Positions 38,925-54,483 of a DNA stretch of 64,000 bases are shown here, one piece after another. Under the pieces are notes generated by a model that ran no database searches, had not been told where the DNA came from, and worked only from the letters and a program-made list of their open reading frames with translations. Position 1 is the stretch's first letter, and every line of letters starts with the position of its first letter. The DNA comes from the human T2T-CHM13v2.0 reference genome, Homo sapiens. The position numbers were made by a program, and so were the translations under genes. Where the stretch lies: assembly GCF_009914755.1 (NCBI RefSeq), contig NC_060931.1. One strand, written 5' to 3'.

Positions 38925-41212
38925 AAACTTTTTAAAAATGTTACATTCTGACTTATCTGTATTGTTTCTAGAGTTTATTTCATTGTATAATTTTTTGGTG
39001 GTTGCTCTAGGTGTTACATTATACACACAAAACTTACCACAGTCTAATGGTAGTATGATTTTACCAGTTTGAGTGAAGTTCAGAAGACTTAATTCACTTT
39101 ATATTCATTTACCTTCCCCCATTTATAATTGTCTTAAATATTTTCTCTACATACATATTGAACCATGTCAAACATTGCTATATATTTTTTAATTGCTTCA
39201 ATCATCAAACATAGTTTAATGTTTTACCTATGTTTTATGTGTATTGTTTCTCACTGTGTTCTGTCTTCCTTCCTGGTGTTCTGAGATTCTAGTTTATTCT
39301 ATTTTATTTTATTCCTGTTTAGAGAAATTTATTTAGCCATTCTTGTAGAGTGGATTTTCAGCAACAAATTCTCTTCGTTTTTCTTCATTTCAGAATATGG
39401 TGATTTTCCTTTCATTCCTGATATGTATTTTTACTAATTAAATATAGGATCCTAGGTTGATAGTTTTTTTTTTTTCCTTTCAGCACTTGAAAATGGTACC
39501 GATACTTCCTCCTGGCTTTATGGTTTCTGCTGAGAAATTTGCTCTTATTCAAATATTTTCCCGTATAGGTAACGTGTTATTTCTCTCTTGTTTCCATAAA
39601 AGTGTTTCTTTCTCTTTAGTTTTCTAAAGTTTGACTATGCTGTGTCTTATTTTACATTTCTGTAGATTTATTGTGTTTTTTATTCACTCAGCTTCAATCT
39701 GTATGTTTATGTCTTTCACCAAATTGGAAAGTTTTTCACTTTGATTATTTGATTTTATATTACTTTGATCAATTCTTCAGTTCCTCTTTTTTTTTCTCAT
39801 TTATTTCAAGGACTCCAATGGCAGAAATGTTTGTTTTTTTTGTTTGTTTGTTATAGTCCTCCAGGTCCTTGAGGCTCTGTTCATTTTTTTTTTCAGTCTA
39901 TTTCCTGTCCTCCTGTCCGTTGCTGAAATTGCATAATTTCTATTGTTCCATCTTTCAATTCACATATTCTTTCCTGTAGCTCCTCCATTTTGCTGTTGAG
40001 CACTTTCACTGAGTTTTTAAAATAATAATTAATAATTTCAGTTACTGTATTTTCTGAGTTCTAAAATTTTCATTTGGTTCTCCTTTGCATCTTTTATTTT
40101 GTGGCTGAGATTTTCTATTTCAGAGACTTTCTGTTTTTCTGTTTCTCTCAAATGTGTTTGTAATTGCTTATTGAAGCATTTTATGATGGCCTCCTTATCG
40201 TCTTTGTCAGCTAATTTTAATATCTGTCATTTAGATGTTGCCATTTATTGATTGTCTTTTTTCCTTCAGTTTGAGATCTTCCTTGTTCTTTGTGGGATGA
40301 TTAATGATTTTCTATTGAGACCTGAATATTTGGAATATCATGTTATAAGAGTCTGGAACTCACTTAAACCTTCTGTTTTAGCTTATTTACTGTAACCCCA
40401 CCTCAGTAAGACAAAGATGGGGGTACCTCATCACTGTCCAGTTGGGGGAGAAGTGCAGGTGTCCCCCTCAGCCTCCATTGATACCTGAGGAGTGAAGGAT
40501 CCATGTTACTCCTGGGTCAGAGTGGAATTGCTGGCTCCCCACTAGGCTTTTACTCATACCTCTCTGGAAGTGGGTAGAGGAGTAGTGCATTTCCTTGTTA
40601 TCAGAAAGCACACTCTCTACAGTTTCAATTCTTATGACCTGGCTAAATTTTTATGGGTGCTTAAAAAGAATGTATATTCTTCTGTTGTTAAGTTGTGCTC
40701 TATAAATGTCTATTAGATTCATTTTGTTGTCAGTGTTGTAATCTATACTCTTGCTGATTTTCTGTCTAGTTGTTCTATAAATATCAATGTTGAGATAGGA
40801 GTGTTGGAATTTCCAACTGTTAGTGTTGGATTTGGAGAAATGGCCTCTTTATTGCTGGCGGTTGCTAAAGTTCTGACTCTCCACTTAACATTCTCTGACA
40901 CCATCTCTGTGGAGGGAGGTTGAGGCACCTCAGCATAGCCTACCATGGGTAGAAGCCCAGGCACTTTGGTCCCTCCCTCAGTATTTGCTGGTGTGGGAAT
41001 GAGCATAAGTGGAGCTGTAGGTTTTTTCTTCCCTCCCCGCCTCTGGTGTTTAGCTGGAATAGTCATTGTCTAAATATTTGTTTTTGTCTTTATTTCGATT
41101 TGGTCTTAGACTGCCTCTTTCCTGGTCCTTTTCCTACAGAGAAAAGGCTTTATTTCTTATATATTAATTTTTTGTCCATGCCTATCAGTGATTTCAGCTT
41201 CTTAGCTTCTTT

Positions 41213-41558
<346 letters not shown>

Positions 41559-42937
41559 TGAAAGTCTTGGATATATGAGACCAAATGAACATCTAGGGAA
41601 CTCAGCATCATATCATTTCTTAGGTCCCAGGGTTCATAGCCAATCTGCCTTCTTTTCTTGTTTTAGAATCATCTGCTGCTTGTTTTACATGTAAGGTCCA
41701 GGGTTTTAGTTTAATTTGTGGGAGAAACAGGAACAAGTGCATCAACTTCATCTTCTCAGAGGTGGAGCCAGGAGTTGTGCATATTTAACCAGTGGTATAT
41801 TTTTCTAACACATCAGAGAGTTAATTACTGCCTAATCTGAAATGCAGTTCAAATCTTATGAATCTCTACAAATGAATGATTTATTTCAGGTCTAAATTAT
41901 TCTCTCTACTCAGCAAATACACTAAAGTAGAATGCAGTACTGATACCCATGACATTGTGAGTTATGAAAAGTAGGAAGGTTGTTTTCCTCTTATATAAAT
42001 ATATCAAGATGTTTAAGGATTCTGATATAGAAATGAATGGTATAGTACTTCAATACTTAGAAAAAATAAAATGTTTTAATTTGTTCAAAAAACTTCTAGG
42101 GTCTTACTATTGATATCATGATAAAACATTTCAGTCAAATGAGTTAGAGGGTAAAGCACTAAATCTCGTGTCCTGAGAGTTTTCCAGCCTGCTTAGGCAG
42201 ATACCAGGAACGTTTGTTTTGTTCCTGAACACGTTAAACACCAAAAAATATCACAGAGTTAAGCATTAACTAGACAGCGATTTCAAGCACATAGAAAAAC
42301 ATTAGGAAAGAACAATCAAGAAATCCAAAGAAATTTTGCCTAAAATTAAACCCTATAGCGTAGGTCAAATTTTATTCAAATTTTTAAAGATTATAAGATT
42401 GCTAGGATAAAACAAAGTCACTGCAAAATAAGTTAATTACTGAAATCTTGTGGTCTTTCTTTAAAAGTTATGTCAAGTAAAATAAAGCAAAACCTTGATT
42501 ATCTATCATATTCCTAGCTTTGTGCTACCATTTTGGTTTTTGCAAAATAAACACTAGTAAAGCTGACTTTGATTTATGAAATTCAGCGGAACTTTGCCCA
42601 TTTTGAAGATCTCTTTTGACTAATAATTTTCAGGAAAAAATATAATTATATTTCCTGTAAGGTTGTGCTGCCAGGCCATGCATGGTAGGCTACCTATACA
42701 CAACAAGGTAATTACAGAAATGAAATGTATGCATTTAGAAACTTTTGTAGAAAGTTGACATTGCAACAACATCCAAATATGTGGTCAGTGTATTCATCTC
42801 ACTGAACAGATTCTGGACCAGTCCAGGTACTACTGAATTTATGTGTGAGCCCATGGGATACATACTGCTCACTAGGCACGTGCATGTGGAACACATATTA
42901 GTTCTGGCAGATAAGAAATTTAAAAAACAGAAAATGG

Positions 42938-43292
<355 letters not shown>

Positions 43293-43644
43293 TTAGCATT
43301 GCTGCCAAGCACATATTATGTGGGTCTTACGCAAACATATTTATTTTAAAACTATACATAAATTATAGCTAATTTAGCAAATTTCTAAGTCAGCTCAAGT
43401 AAAGTTTTTTTTATTTTGTGATTAAAATATTGACTAGAATAAGAAAACACAGCTAATCATTTTAATCTTATAAAAACCCTACCACAAGACCAGTGTTGTC
43501 AGAAATTGTAAAATGCTAAGTTATATTAGATTTCATTATTCCTCAAAGTTTCAAAGAACAAAATAAGTATTCAAGGGAAATTTTTAAATCATTTTACTCA
43601 GGAGACTTTCCTGTGCATTGAAAATAAGAATATACAAATAATCT

Positions 43645-44540
43645 GTCCACTTCTCTCACCTCCATTCCACCATCATTACTCTTGACCAGTGGTCTTCAAA
43701 GTGCAGTTGTCAGACCAGCAATTTTAATATCACTTGGAAACTTGTTAGAAATACAAATGTTTGTTCTTCATTCCAGACCTACTGAGTTTAAATCTCTGAG
43801 GCTGGGACCCAGCAATCTGTGATTTAATAAGTCATCCAGGTGATTCTGATGCACACCGAAGTTTGAGAACCACTTCTCTTTACCAAGATATTTCCATTAC
43901 TCTTGGTTACCACAATAGCTTCCCAACTCTAATTCCCTTTCATTCCTTTCTCAACTCTATAGTCTGATCAATATTTAACAACAACAACAACAAAAGTCAG
44001 GTTTCTCTACCTATTAAAAAAATCAATGATTTTCTAATACTCTCAGGCTAAAGACCAAAATGTTTAACGTGATCTGTAAGGCACTTTAGGTCTGGTGCCC
44101 AGTCCACCTCTCAGGTCACTTCTAACAGCACTCCCTCCGCCTCTCAGCCCTTGCCCCTCTGGCTTCTCTCACGCCTCTCTACTGGCTTATCCCAATTCTT
44201 TCCTGATTGATTATCTCTAACACACCCTTTAGGAGAAATCTATTTTTCAGGAAAGTCTTCTGTAGCTTTCCAGGTTAAGAGTCTCCTGCATAATTCTGTA
44301 AATGTATAATTCTGTTGTTTAATAGACCTTGTATCTCCTAGCATCTATCCCAATTGCAATATTATATTCACATGTGATTATTTGACTGTTTGCCCATCCC
44401 AATATCACAAATTAGTGTGTAAGCTCCTAGATAGAAGAGACCATGTCTGTTTTTTGCTTTTCCTTGTTTCCCCAGAGCCTGGCACAGTGTTTACTCTGAG
44501 GTTGACATTCAAGAAATATTACATAACTTAATAAATGGCT
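43645..44540 (+). mobile_element. L2 3' region (interrupted by MER5A)
   Basis: gtccacttctctc..; tgtaagctcctag..gaccatgtctgttttttgc..cccagagcctggcacagtg. Confidence 0.75.
43687..43875 (+). mobile_element. MER5A hAT-Charlie MITE
   Basis: cagtggtcttcaaagtg..cttgttagaaatacaaat..ccaggtgattctgatgcacac..gtttgagaaccact. 8-bp TSD ctcttgac/ctctttac. Confidence 0.9.
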
Positions 44541-44565
44541 GACTGCCAAATAAATGGACCCCTAA

Positions 44566-44929
<364 letters not shown>

Positions 44930-45974
44930 GTTGCTATAGTTTTTACCTTCCATCCACCTCAGGAACAGATACTGTACTGACACCATCCCAGGAGCAACCA
45001 TCTTTGAAAAATAGGGTAATTCTTGCTCTTTTTTTCTGCTGCTACAATACAGCAGAGTATCAGCAGAGTCCACCATACTGGAAGAATTTCCATCAAGTAT
45101 TACAGCTCAGTGTAAATTTTCCCATACCAAGAATTGAACAAACCAGTCATCAGTGGCATTCTTTTTATGATTCACTGGGCTAAACTGGGGATTCACCATA
45201 ATTTACAACTTTTTGTGGAAAAAATGAAATCCCATTTTTAAACAATATCCTTACAAACATACCTACTTGTTTTTAGGGATTCACTATGTAAGCAGTAATT
45301 TGTTTATTTTTTTCTCTCAACACTCCCACTTCTGCCAAATTCAAATGTTTTTCACCAGCCCAAAACCTTCCGCATCCCCCTCTAAAATTTAGGACAGAAA
45401 TTATTAAATATTATACTTGATGACTTTTTAAAATCTATTCCCATTTATTCTTCCTCTGGTAATCCTTAAAGGATAAGAGCTCTTGAATATGCCCCTTAAT
45501 TAGTGATGTTGGGAGAAATTCTGTATGGCAAACCTAAACTAAAAATAAATGTTTCTAAATTCTAAAACAGAGCTTCTATCCCTTCTTAAGGAGCTCAGTG
45601 ACCTCTTTGCCTCTCACTCTGGGGCAAATCAGCATGCCTCAGCCACTGAATGTTTTTCCCACTGGGTTGGAGGATTCCAATAATAAATTAACTTACAGGA
45701 GTGAACAATGGAGTAACTCCCCTTAAGGCCAAATCAGATGCAATCTGCTCAAAGTCCCAAATCAAGGAATATTTTAAAAATGTGGTTAACATAATGGATA
45801 TTATTCATGCTTTGATGTTCTCAACATCATCCTCACAAAACAATCATCATCTGCATCATCATCATAAAATATGAAGGTGTAATTTTTATGTGTGCCTGGT
45901 AAATAATGTATATATTTATAATTCGCATTTTATAAGTTGCAAGGAATGTGTACATATTTGTGAATAAATAGAAT

Positions 45975-46380
45975 GTTTATGTGTATATATGTATGTATAT
46001 CTTTCTACCTATGTAGAAAGTCATCAAGTACGTTATGTGTATATATGTATGTATATCTTTCTACCTGTGTATAGGTAGAACCTCCCATATATGCATGTGT
46101 GTATATACCTGTCTTTCTAACTATACATAGAAAGATATCTATGTATAGGCAGAAAGATAGGTATATACACACATGCATATATATATATGTATACACATAT
46201 GTATATATAAAGATATATGTATGTGGTTTCATATGTGTGCATGTTTGTGTGTATATATACACACATGCATATATATACACCCATATGTATATATGAAGAT
46301 ATTTATAGAGAAAATATAAATATATTATCTTTATATACACATATCTATGTATATATACACAAACATGCGCATATATAGGG
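45975..46380. repeat. (TA/TG/CA)-rich low-complexity tract with internal direct and inverted duplications
   Basis: Directly visible. It explains ORFs 46005-46340 and 46099-46296. Confidence 0.9.
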
Positions 46381-48043
46381 GCACATACCTATTTTATTAA
46401 AAGACTAAAGGCAGCAAAGTGGAGCTGTAAACATGAAGGATAAATCATTTCATACCTGGAAGAGTGCTGTCTAAACACTGCCCATCACCTAACCAAGAGT
46501 CATCATCCCTAACTTTTTTTCATAATTGACTATTTCAGTTAATAGCCCTAGGCTTCAAGAAAGGCTGCGCATCTTGGAAGTATTAGGGCATGAGTCATGA
46601 GTCTTGATTCTTCCAAATAAAATATGGTAACTCTTTCTAGTGATTTGTTTAGGAATGTATGTGTAAGATGATGATGGGAAGTCTACTGGAATCTCTGAGA
46701 GAAGATTTTTCTTGCAAAAAATAAAAAGACCTAATGAAAGAACACTCTGTTTGGACCGTTAGTCTCTTTTGGTGAACAGTAAGTGGTAATGAGAGAGGCT
46801 TAGCTGAGTTTTTGGCAGTTCTTTCAAAGCATGGGAGCAAATCTTATGTCTTGAAATCCATAAGGTAAATATTACTCAAATGTCTAGGTTGTAAAAATAT
46901 ATATTGTAGGCAAGAAGAAGTCAGTTTTTTAGTTATGTATTATTATATGATTCCCTGAGAGGCCATATGAGATAATACCAAAACCACACAAAGAAGAATG
47001 AGGACACTGATGTAGGACAGAATCTGGAACAGCCCAGAAACATTAAATGTGTCATTATAACAAGAAGTGTAGGTATCAGGTATAGGGACTGCAGCAGGTA
47101 GAAACCAGATCTTAGAACAGTCAGGAAAGTTCCCAGAGCATATTCGGAGTTTGTCTAGACTCAGGAAGTATGCCTAAGTCTAGAAACATCCTAGAGAGCT
47201 ATGTCCAAGAAATCATCCGATATTTATACTTTCAGTACTGATAAGATTAGGCAGACCCTACAAAATTATTCCTCTTTTTCATTACTAGGTTATTTCTAAA
47301 ATGAGATGAAATCCAAAATAATGATATTCTATATTCCTTATAGATAAGGATATGTACATTTTAAAAAATTATCTTTGATATAAAACATTGGTGTTGGTGT
47401 AATATTGACCATCATCTCTGCTTACCATTTATTTTATGTCCAGAAAAATAACGATCTTGTTTCAAAATGTACACAGTCAAGAGACTTAGAAAGTTAGTGG
47501 CCAACATGCTCAAAAATCTCTTGAGTTACAAAAATAAATTTTCTTTTCTATGAGGTCACCCACCTAAAGTGTAGGAACATAAGTGAGTCCTCAAAACCCA
47601 GCTTTACACAGGTTAGAAACTTGTCCTCTTAATTTAGTATTTTAAATTTAGTGATCCATGCAGTAGTGGACATGTTAATGTACATAAGGAAATTTTCATT
47701 TTATGTAATATCTGTGGTTTATCTATAGGAAATTTCTTTTTATATGAAAAAATCTTTCTTCAACAAAATGGATACACCTTGAGTCATTAGGTGTCTCCAG
47801 TTGATAAATATTATGTAATCTGATGGTCCTAAATGTATTGGATCAATTGTATGACAATCTGTTTGATTAATTGGCAATAAATATAGAAATGGCTCCAAAG
47901 CTGGTGATATTGTATCACTCTTTTGTTGTGGTATCAAGTATTGGCAGTATACAGCTAGAATGCTCACCTTGTCTTAATGTACATTCTTGAATCTACCATC
48001 TGAGTTATTTGGCCCATATTGTCAATTACATTGGCCGACAGTC

Positions 48044-48328
48044 TTTTATTTTTTAAGAGACAGAATCTCACTCTATCACCAGACTGTGCAGTGGTGCGAT
48101 CATAGCTCACTGCAGCCACAACCTCGACCTCCTGATCTTAAGTGATTCTCCTGCCTCAGCCTCCCTAGTAGTATGCCACCGCGCCTGGCTAATTTTTTTA
48201 GAACATTTTTTGTAGGGACAGTTCTCTCTATGTTGCCCAGGCTGGTAGTGAACTCCTGGCCTCCAGGATCCACCTGCCTTAGCCTCCCAAACCGCTAGGA
48301 TTACAGGTATGAATCATGGTGTCCAGCT
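48044..48328 (-). mobile_element. AluJ
   Basis: ggtgcgatcatagctcactgcagcc..ctatgttgcccaggctgg. Confidence 0.88.
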
Positions 48329-48629
48329 GCAACATTAACTCTGCTCCAACTGGACCTGAAGTGGAAAAAAATTGTTAACTTGCCTGTAGTATTTATTTTA
48401 TACATATCTTCTACAGAAGAGATTTCAGAATTTATAGAAATATTTTAAAAAAATCATCTAGTGACAATAGAAATTTTAGTGTCATCTTCCTTATACATGC
48501 TTAAGCTCTTAAAATTTCATTCTCAAAGAGGAAATCTGGATGTAGATAATGAATATCATTAAAATGCGTATGTAGGAATTCTTGAAACTGACACTCGTTT
48601 CGGCAACTGGCAAACCTCCTCTACTGGAA

Positions 48630-48830
48630 ACAGCCCTGGGCTAAGAGTCAGATGATTTGCACTCTGATTTACCAGCTAGAAACCTTGGATAAGAGACCTA
48701 ACCTCCTTAGTCTTATATTCTCATTTGTTAAATGGATATGACCATATCTTCTTTAATTGATTTATGGGGTATGTTGTAAGCATTAAAATGATGAAGGAGG
48801 TAAAAGCTTTGTAGAACATGTATGCTATTT
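48630..48830 (+). mobile_element. MIR
   Basis: ctgggctaagagtcagatg..accttggataag..ttctcatttgttaaatgg. Confidence 0.7.
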
Positions 48831-48907
48831 AGATACAGCCATTTTAACATGGCAATTTAGACTCAGTTGATCATTTTGATATTATTTAGCATAATTTTTA
48901 AAATAAT

Positions 48908-49295
48908 GTATTGATTAGGAAAGATTTGGATAAATAGTTTAGAAAAACCCCACTAAATAATGATGGCAGAAACAATGTATTTTTCTCTCTGAAAAAATTC
49001 TCAGAGGTACCAATCCAGGGCTGGAATGGTGGCCCCATGATGCCGTCAGTGGACCAGGGGGCTGTCTCTCCTCTCCCTTGTCTTTGTATAGCTTCCATCC
49101 TTAACACTGCCTCAGTGAGTTCTAGCCACTTCATTTGTAGTCTCTGCAGGAGGAAGAAGGAGACGGAAAGGGTAAAAGGACTTCTTTCTCAGCTGTCATT
49201 CCACTGCAAAGCAAAGCATCTTCCTGGAAGACACACACAATGACTTCTGCTTGGCTACTCCAAGAGAGTCAAGAAAATGAGTCTTTAGCTGAGGT
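48908..49295 (-). mobile_element. MLT1J/L-type MaLR LTR
   Basis: gtattgattagga..tccagggctggaatggtggcccc..gacttctgctt..gaaaatgagtctttagctg. Confidence 0.65.
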
Positions 49296-52200
49296 CATCA
49301 AGAGTTTACTGTGGTCTATAAAACAAATGATCAAACTTCTGCTTTTTCGTTACAAAAAAAAATAGTGAAAAGCAAATCTGTATCTCTTTCTTGAGACCCA
49401 CTCTTCCCTATCCCTGAACCTCCCACGTCCCTACCCCTTCTCCCCAAGCTGAGAAATGGGACAGTAATGCTCAGATGGAATGAGAGATGGGCTAACGCTC
49501 AAAGATACCTCAGAAATGTGTACTTGGAAATAAAGAACATGTGTTTAATTTTTGACGTGGTCACTTTATTTGAAAATATTAAATTCTCATTTGTTAATTT
49601 TTTGGAAAATATTTATTGAACACCTACTCTGTGGTAAATATGACAGAAAATGTTTATACAGATGGTTATTTCAAAATGTAAGTGCATTAGAGATATTAAA
49701 ATATGGCAAATTCAGAGCATAAATGAGGTGGGTACAGGGGCAGTATTTAGATGAGATGGTAGGAGGTAGAATTTAGACTGAAATCAAAAACCAGTTCTTT
49801 AAAAAATTGTGGTATTCCTACTATTAACACTGATGGCAAGCCTTATAACTCACTGGACACAAATGCATGTGAGGTCTTGTCACTTTGTTTCTTTTCCATG
49901 TAAGTCACTCTAGAATTGCCAGTGGTGGGTTATACAGGGGAAAAGAAATTATGAGAACCAGGCCCACATAAATATTTCTTCTCTTATTGTATTAATCACT
50001 TACCTACTGAACTAATTATCACTGCATGTGTTACTCTAATGTGATTAAACCATATTCAAACAGCATTGCTAATATCCCACGAGAAACTCAGTAAAACTCC
50101 CAACAGACCTAGGCAGTAAAAGGGAGCATCAATATAATCTTTTTCCCTGTTTTTACTTATGATGAAACAATACCATTTTGATTTTAAAATCATCTTGTTT
50201 TAGATTATGTATGAATGTAGTTATAGTATTTTTCACCAGCAACCGCTTGCCTTCTCTAAAGCTGACAATTCTTTTTTTTAGTATGAGGATTTAGATTCTA
50301 TTTAAGTATTGTAACTATTAACAATAAAGTGACAGTTCCATCCAACAGCAGTCGTTGGGCACTTGCAATATACCATGTACTGTACCAGCACAAGATAAGA
50401 CAAAAATAAAGTATCAGGAAAAAGGCTAGATTTCTTAAACCCACTTGCCCACGTCATCATGTTATATTTATGGGACCATGGCCACATACTGCCTAAACCC
50501 ATTGAACCAAGAGTAAAATTTCCATTTCTACCTAGTCAACTTCAATCTATTAATGGCTCCTTTTTCAATGGGGAGAGTCTAGGTGCATTCACTTTAGATC
50601 ATTATCTATGTTTGTGGAATCAATTTGTATCCATTTTAGACTATGGCCTATGCCAAGAAGAGGGGAGTTTATTACTTGCCTTCAGGGCTCTTGATTCATC
50701 TCCTTGCGTGAGCAGCCTGTGAGCCTGCCCAGTGTTTGAGAGGAAGCTCCTTGTATTGGAGCACATGTGGTTTGGCAGAGCCTGGTGTGAACATGTAAGT
50801 GCCAGTAACCAGTGCTGTGTTCCAACGCTGCATGCTCATTATAATCTCAGCCTGATCATTATCACGCCTCTGGCAGGGCCTGCTTCAAAGGAGCCTTGCT
50901 TGTGATTTGAGGGAAAAAAGCCAATAGAAGACACATCTAGAAAAACTGGTTGGCATTGCTTTGTGTGATTCAGCCCTGGATTATTCCTATAAAGGAAGAG
51001 AAGGCAGAGGAGGATGGTCTCAGACAATGCACCGTCATTACAGTTGGACGATATTGGGATGTTTCTGCTTCACATAAGCTTTTAAATAAATGCATATGCA
51101 TTTATCCCATGATTGCCATGTGCAAACCACCGTGGAGGATCATGAAGATGTAAGACAAACATCCTGATCTTTGATGAGCTACAGTTTCATTGGGTAGACA
51201 TGATCAATATACAGGAAAGAGGACAAAAAATGAGAATTTATGATAATGAAATAACTAATGAGGTTCATACTGTAATTGCTAGGAAGGCTCAGGCAAGAAC
51301 TTTATTTTTTAAGGTTTACAGTGTACTTGCTTCATGTTTTGGATCAAGCAGAAGCACCACAAAATGTTTTCATAGGTAAATCAAGGGCAATAACATATTC
51401 ATTCAACAAATACTTCTTGATGAAAGACTGACTTAATATTCACTCAGAGGTAGATTCCATAGAGTTAGAACCTAAGAGGAAATCTATTGTGACATATATT
51501 ACTTGTGATATGCCAAGGCTTTGTTTTGCAAATTAAAATTCTTACAGTGCTAGACAGGGTGAAGGGTGATGACAGTAGCCACTGAGGCAGCCACTAATCA
51601 GCTCTAGTTCATTGTCATCAAAGATGAACGCAAGCTTAGTGTTGCTGAGTCTTCATATCATTTCAAGTGAAGCCAGAAATAAGAATTTTGAAATTCCCTA
51701 ATATATAAAGCATTCATTTGTGGGTTGGGAGGAAGTGGTGGCTGTGGGCATGTGCCTGCTATTTCCAAGAGCCATCAATGTGCGGTGCTCTTGGCAGCAG
51801 TAGATCTCCATCCAGCTTTCCTCACCAGCTCTGGGCATCAAGGACAGGATTGTAATGTGTTTTAAGAAAACACTGCACTGGAAACATGCTAATCAATATG
51901 TAAAGTACCCAACCACTCCATACTAGATGTAAAATAAGAGATGTATTTGAAGGGGTTTTGGAAGCAAACATCTAAATGGGAAATAGAAGCAATTATCTTT
52001 CTAAATATCATCCTTAATAGTTTTTTCAATTTGGAAAAAAAGAAAAAAAAGCTGTAGCTGCCTTTTCTTGTTAGAAGTCTTACATGAGCTAATCTTTCTG
52101 ATTTGCACAGATTACTATGTGGCAAAGCCTTGCAACTTGCTTTAAGCTTCTGTGTGTCAGGAAGGTAAGCAGGGATTTCAATTCTCTCATGGGCTCTTGA

Positions 52201-53312
52201 GTGGATAGAAGTGTTGAGTAACAAAACACACCTTTTCTTTGCACCTGCTTTAACTGAAGAATTCAGGAGGCTAAAGAAATCGGCTTCCCTTCCTTTCCCC
52301 ATTCTGTAATTTTTCATCCACCAAATAGGATTGGATAATCAAAATAAATGATATGAGACCCTCATTTCACATTTTATGATAATATCCTCCAAAGGATGCT
52401 TGTTCACTCTTAACAGTATCTCTTGGTTACCATGACAAGGAAGAATGGGAAAACCACTCTCACATTGAAAGGAATCCCTTGTTTGTTTCGTTGTTTTGTT
52501 TTGTTTTGTTATTGAGTTGTACTACTGTTAACAAAAGACATCACAATGAAGCACATCTCATCTAATAACCCTTGTGTAGCTCTAGTCATGTTAGTGGTTC
52601 TGTAGCCCTGGTGCCATCCAAGCTCCCCAACAGAATCTCCCATTGCCACTGAAGTCCAGAGACCCAGAATGTGAAGTAAAACTGGTCCACAAAAGAAGCT
52701 GTTTTTCGTGGCCACACTGCAATCTCTGACATTCAGCAATTATCTAGGATCAGGCAAATGGGCAGAGAGGGACTCCTTCCCCTCCTGGTATCCTAAGTGA
52801 CAGCTGCTCCATGTCACCAAAGCTCTTTTTTTTTTTTTTTTCAGATCAAATCCCCACTTCATGAAAACTAAAATTTAAATTAAAATGTCTGTTTTGGGGG
52901 ATGGATTATAATTATATTTCTATTCAATGATTCATATATAATCTTTGGTCTTACAGAAATATCTTAAAACTTCCACATTTTTCATCAATATTTTTCTAGC
53001 AGCATAGGGTTTGTGTTCAGCCATTTGTGAAGACTTTTACACATAATTATTTTTCATTTGAAATGCCTTCTGAGAAGAATAATAGTAAAAGTATGATTAA
53101 TTAAACAATTACAGAGTGAGTCAATTTCTTGATTTCAGGTTTCTGATGAAGATAGAATTCTCCCCAGCCAAATTTCCAGTGAACTCTCCAAATTATTAGA
53201 ATCAGGGGAAATACATTTTTATTTCTGGAACCAATATTAAAGGTAACTCATATTAGCTAGATTTTTCTCTGAGAATGAACTAAGTTTGCAGGAACTCCAT
53301 ATATATGTGTGC

Positions 53313-53349
<37 letters not shown>

Positions 53350-53378
53350 CAGACAGAAAGACGGACAGGCAGACAGAT
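53313..53378. repeat. Compound (ATAG)9/(ACAG)n tetranucleotide STR
   Basis: Directly visible. Confidence 0.95.
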
Positions 53379-54306
53379 AATCTCCAAGAAGCCCCGAAGA
53401 AACCTGCCTGCTGCATTTCTGCATTGCTTTCAACCAAAAGCCCTGTGGGAATAAGGCAATACCAACACTGTGATGCATGATTGGTCTCAACCAGTATTTA
53501 AACAAATGAAGGTCTGGGAGGAGACAGGATGTGGGAGAGACCCCCACCACAAGCCCACCACCTTCACCTGTTGACATTAAAATATCCTCAGCTCCCAGGT
53601 CTGTGTTTTCAATTCATGTATATTAAATGATTCAGAGTCTGGCAGGAGGAAACACTCGTAGGAGTGTTTTGTTTAGTTGTGTTTCGTAGCTGCGATGTTT
53701 TGAAAATCAGGTTTTTTTGAGAGCACATAGCTAGATAACAAAACTGGCACAGAGTTCCAGGGTTGAAGACAGAGAAACTGAGAAACAAGCCATGGGACCT
53801 GGATTATGTGGGTCATACGGACAAGAATGCATGCGTGGTATCTTCTCACAGTGTTCAGGGACTTGTTATTGCTGTCACTGTTTTTAAATGTGATTTCTGT
53901 ACAGATTCACTCAGTGTGACTACATCTGGATTGTTCAACATTGTTCAGTATTTCCTCTTATGACCTTAAGAAGAAGAATAATTTTGTCAAGGAAAGTGCT
54001 AAATTAATAGGGTATTTTTAATGTACTTAGACTTTGAGAAATTTTTGATGATTTCTGAAAAGTTTAATAATGCCATCTTAGGCAGAGAATAGTTTCTCAT
54101 ACATCCATGAAGAAAAAAAAATGAATTAAAACTCAAATCTTAAGCAAACATAAAGGATGAATTTATTTAATATCACAAAGAGTAAATTACCATTTGTTCA
54201 ATGGTAATAATTGCTTTAGAGGGGGAAAAAACAGGATAGAAGGACTAGCAAGTGCCTGAAGGGTAAGGATTGTGGGGTGTGGTTTATAATTTTAAAGTGG
54301 CTGTTT

Positions 54307-54483
54307 GGCCTGCAGGGTGGCTCACGCCTGTAATCCCAACACTTTGGAAGGCTGAGAGGAGAGGGTCACTGGAGCACAGAAGTTCAAGACTGCAGTGAGC
54401 TATGATTGTACCACTGCACTCCAGCCTGGGTAACAGAGTGAGAGCCTATTTCTAAAAAAATAAAAATAAGTTAAATAAATACA
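54307..54483 (+). mobile_element. Alu monomer (FRAM-like, or AluJ collapsed by arm recombination) nested in an antisense L2
   Basis: Left-arm start ggctcacgcctgtaatcccaacactttgg joined to right-arm end ctgcagtgagctatgattg..; A-rich tail. Confidence 0.85.

Noticed and set aside
53139-53247. Possible exon (tttcag|gtttctgatgaa..aag|gtaact)
   Set aside because: All three frames contain stops and the peptide is unrecognised. A non-coding exon cannot be excluded, but there is no support.
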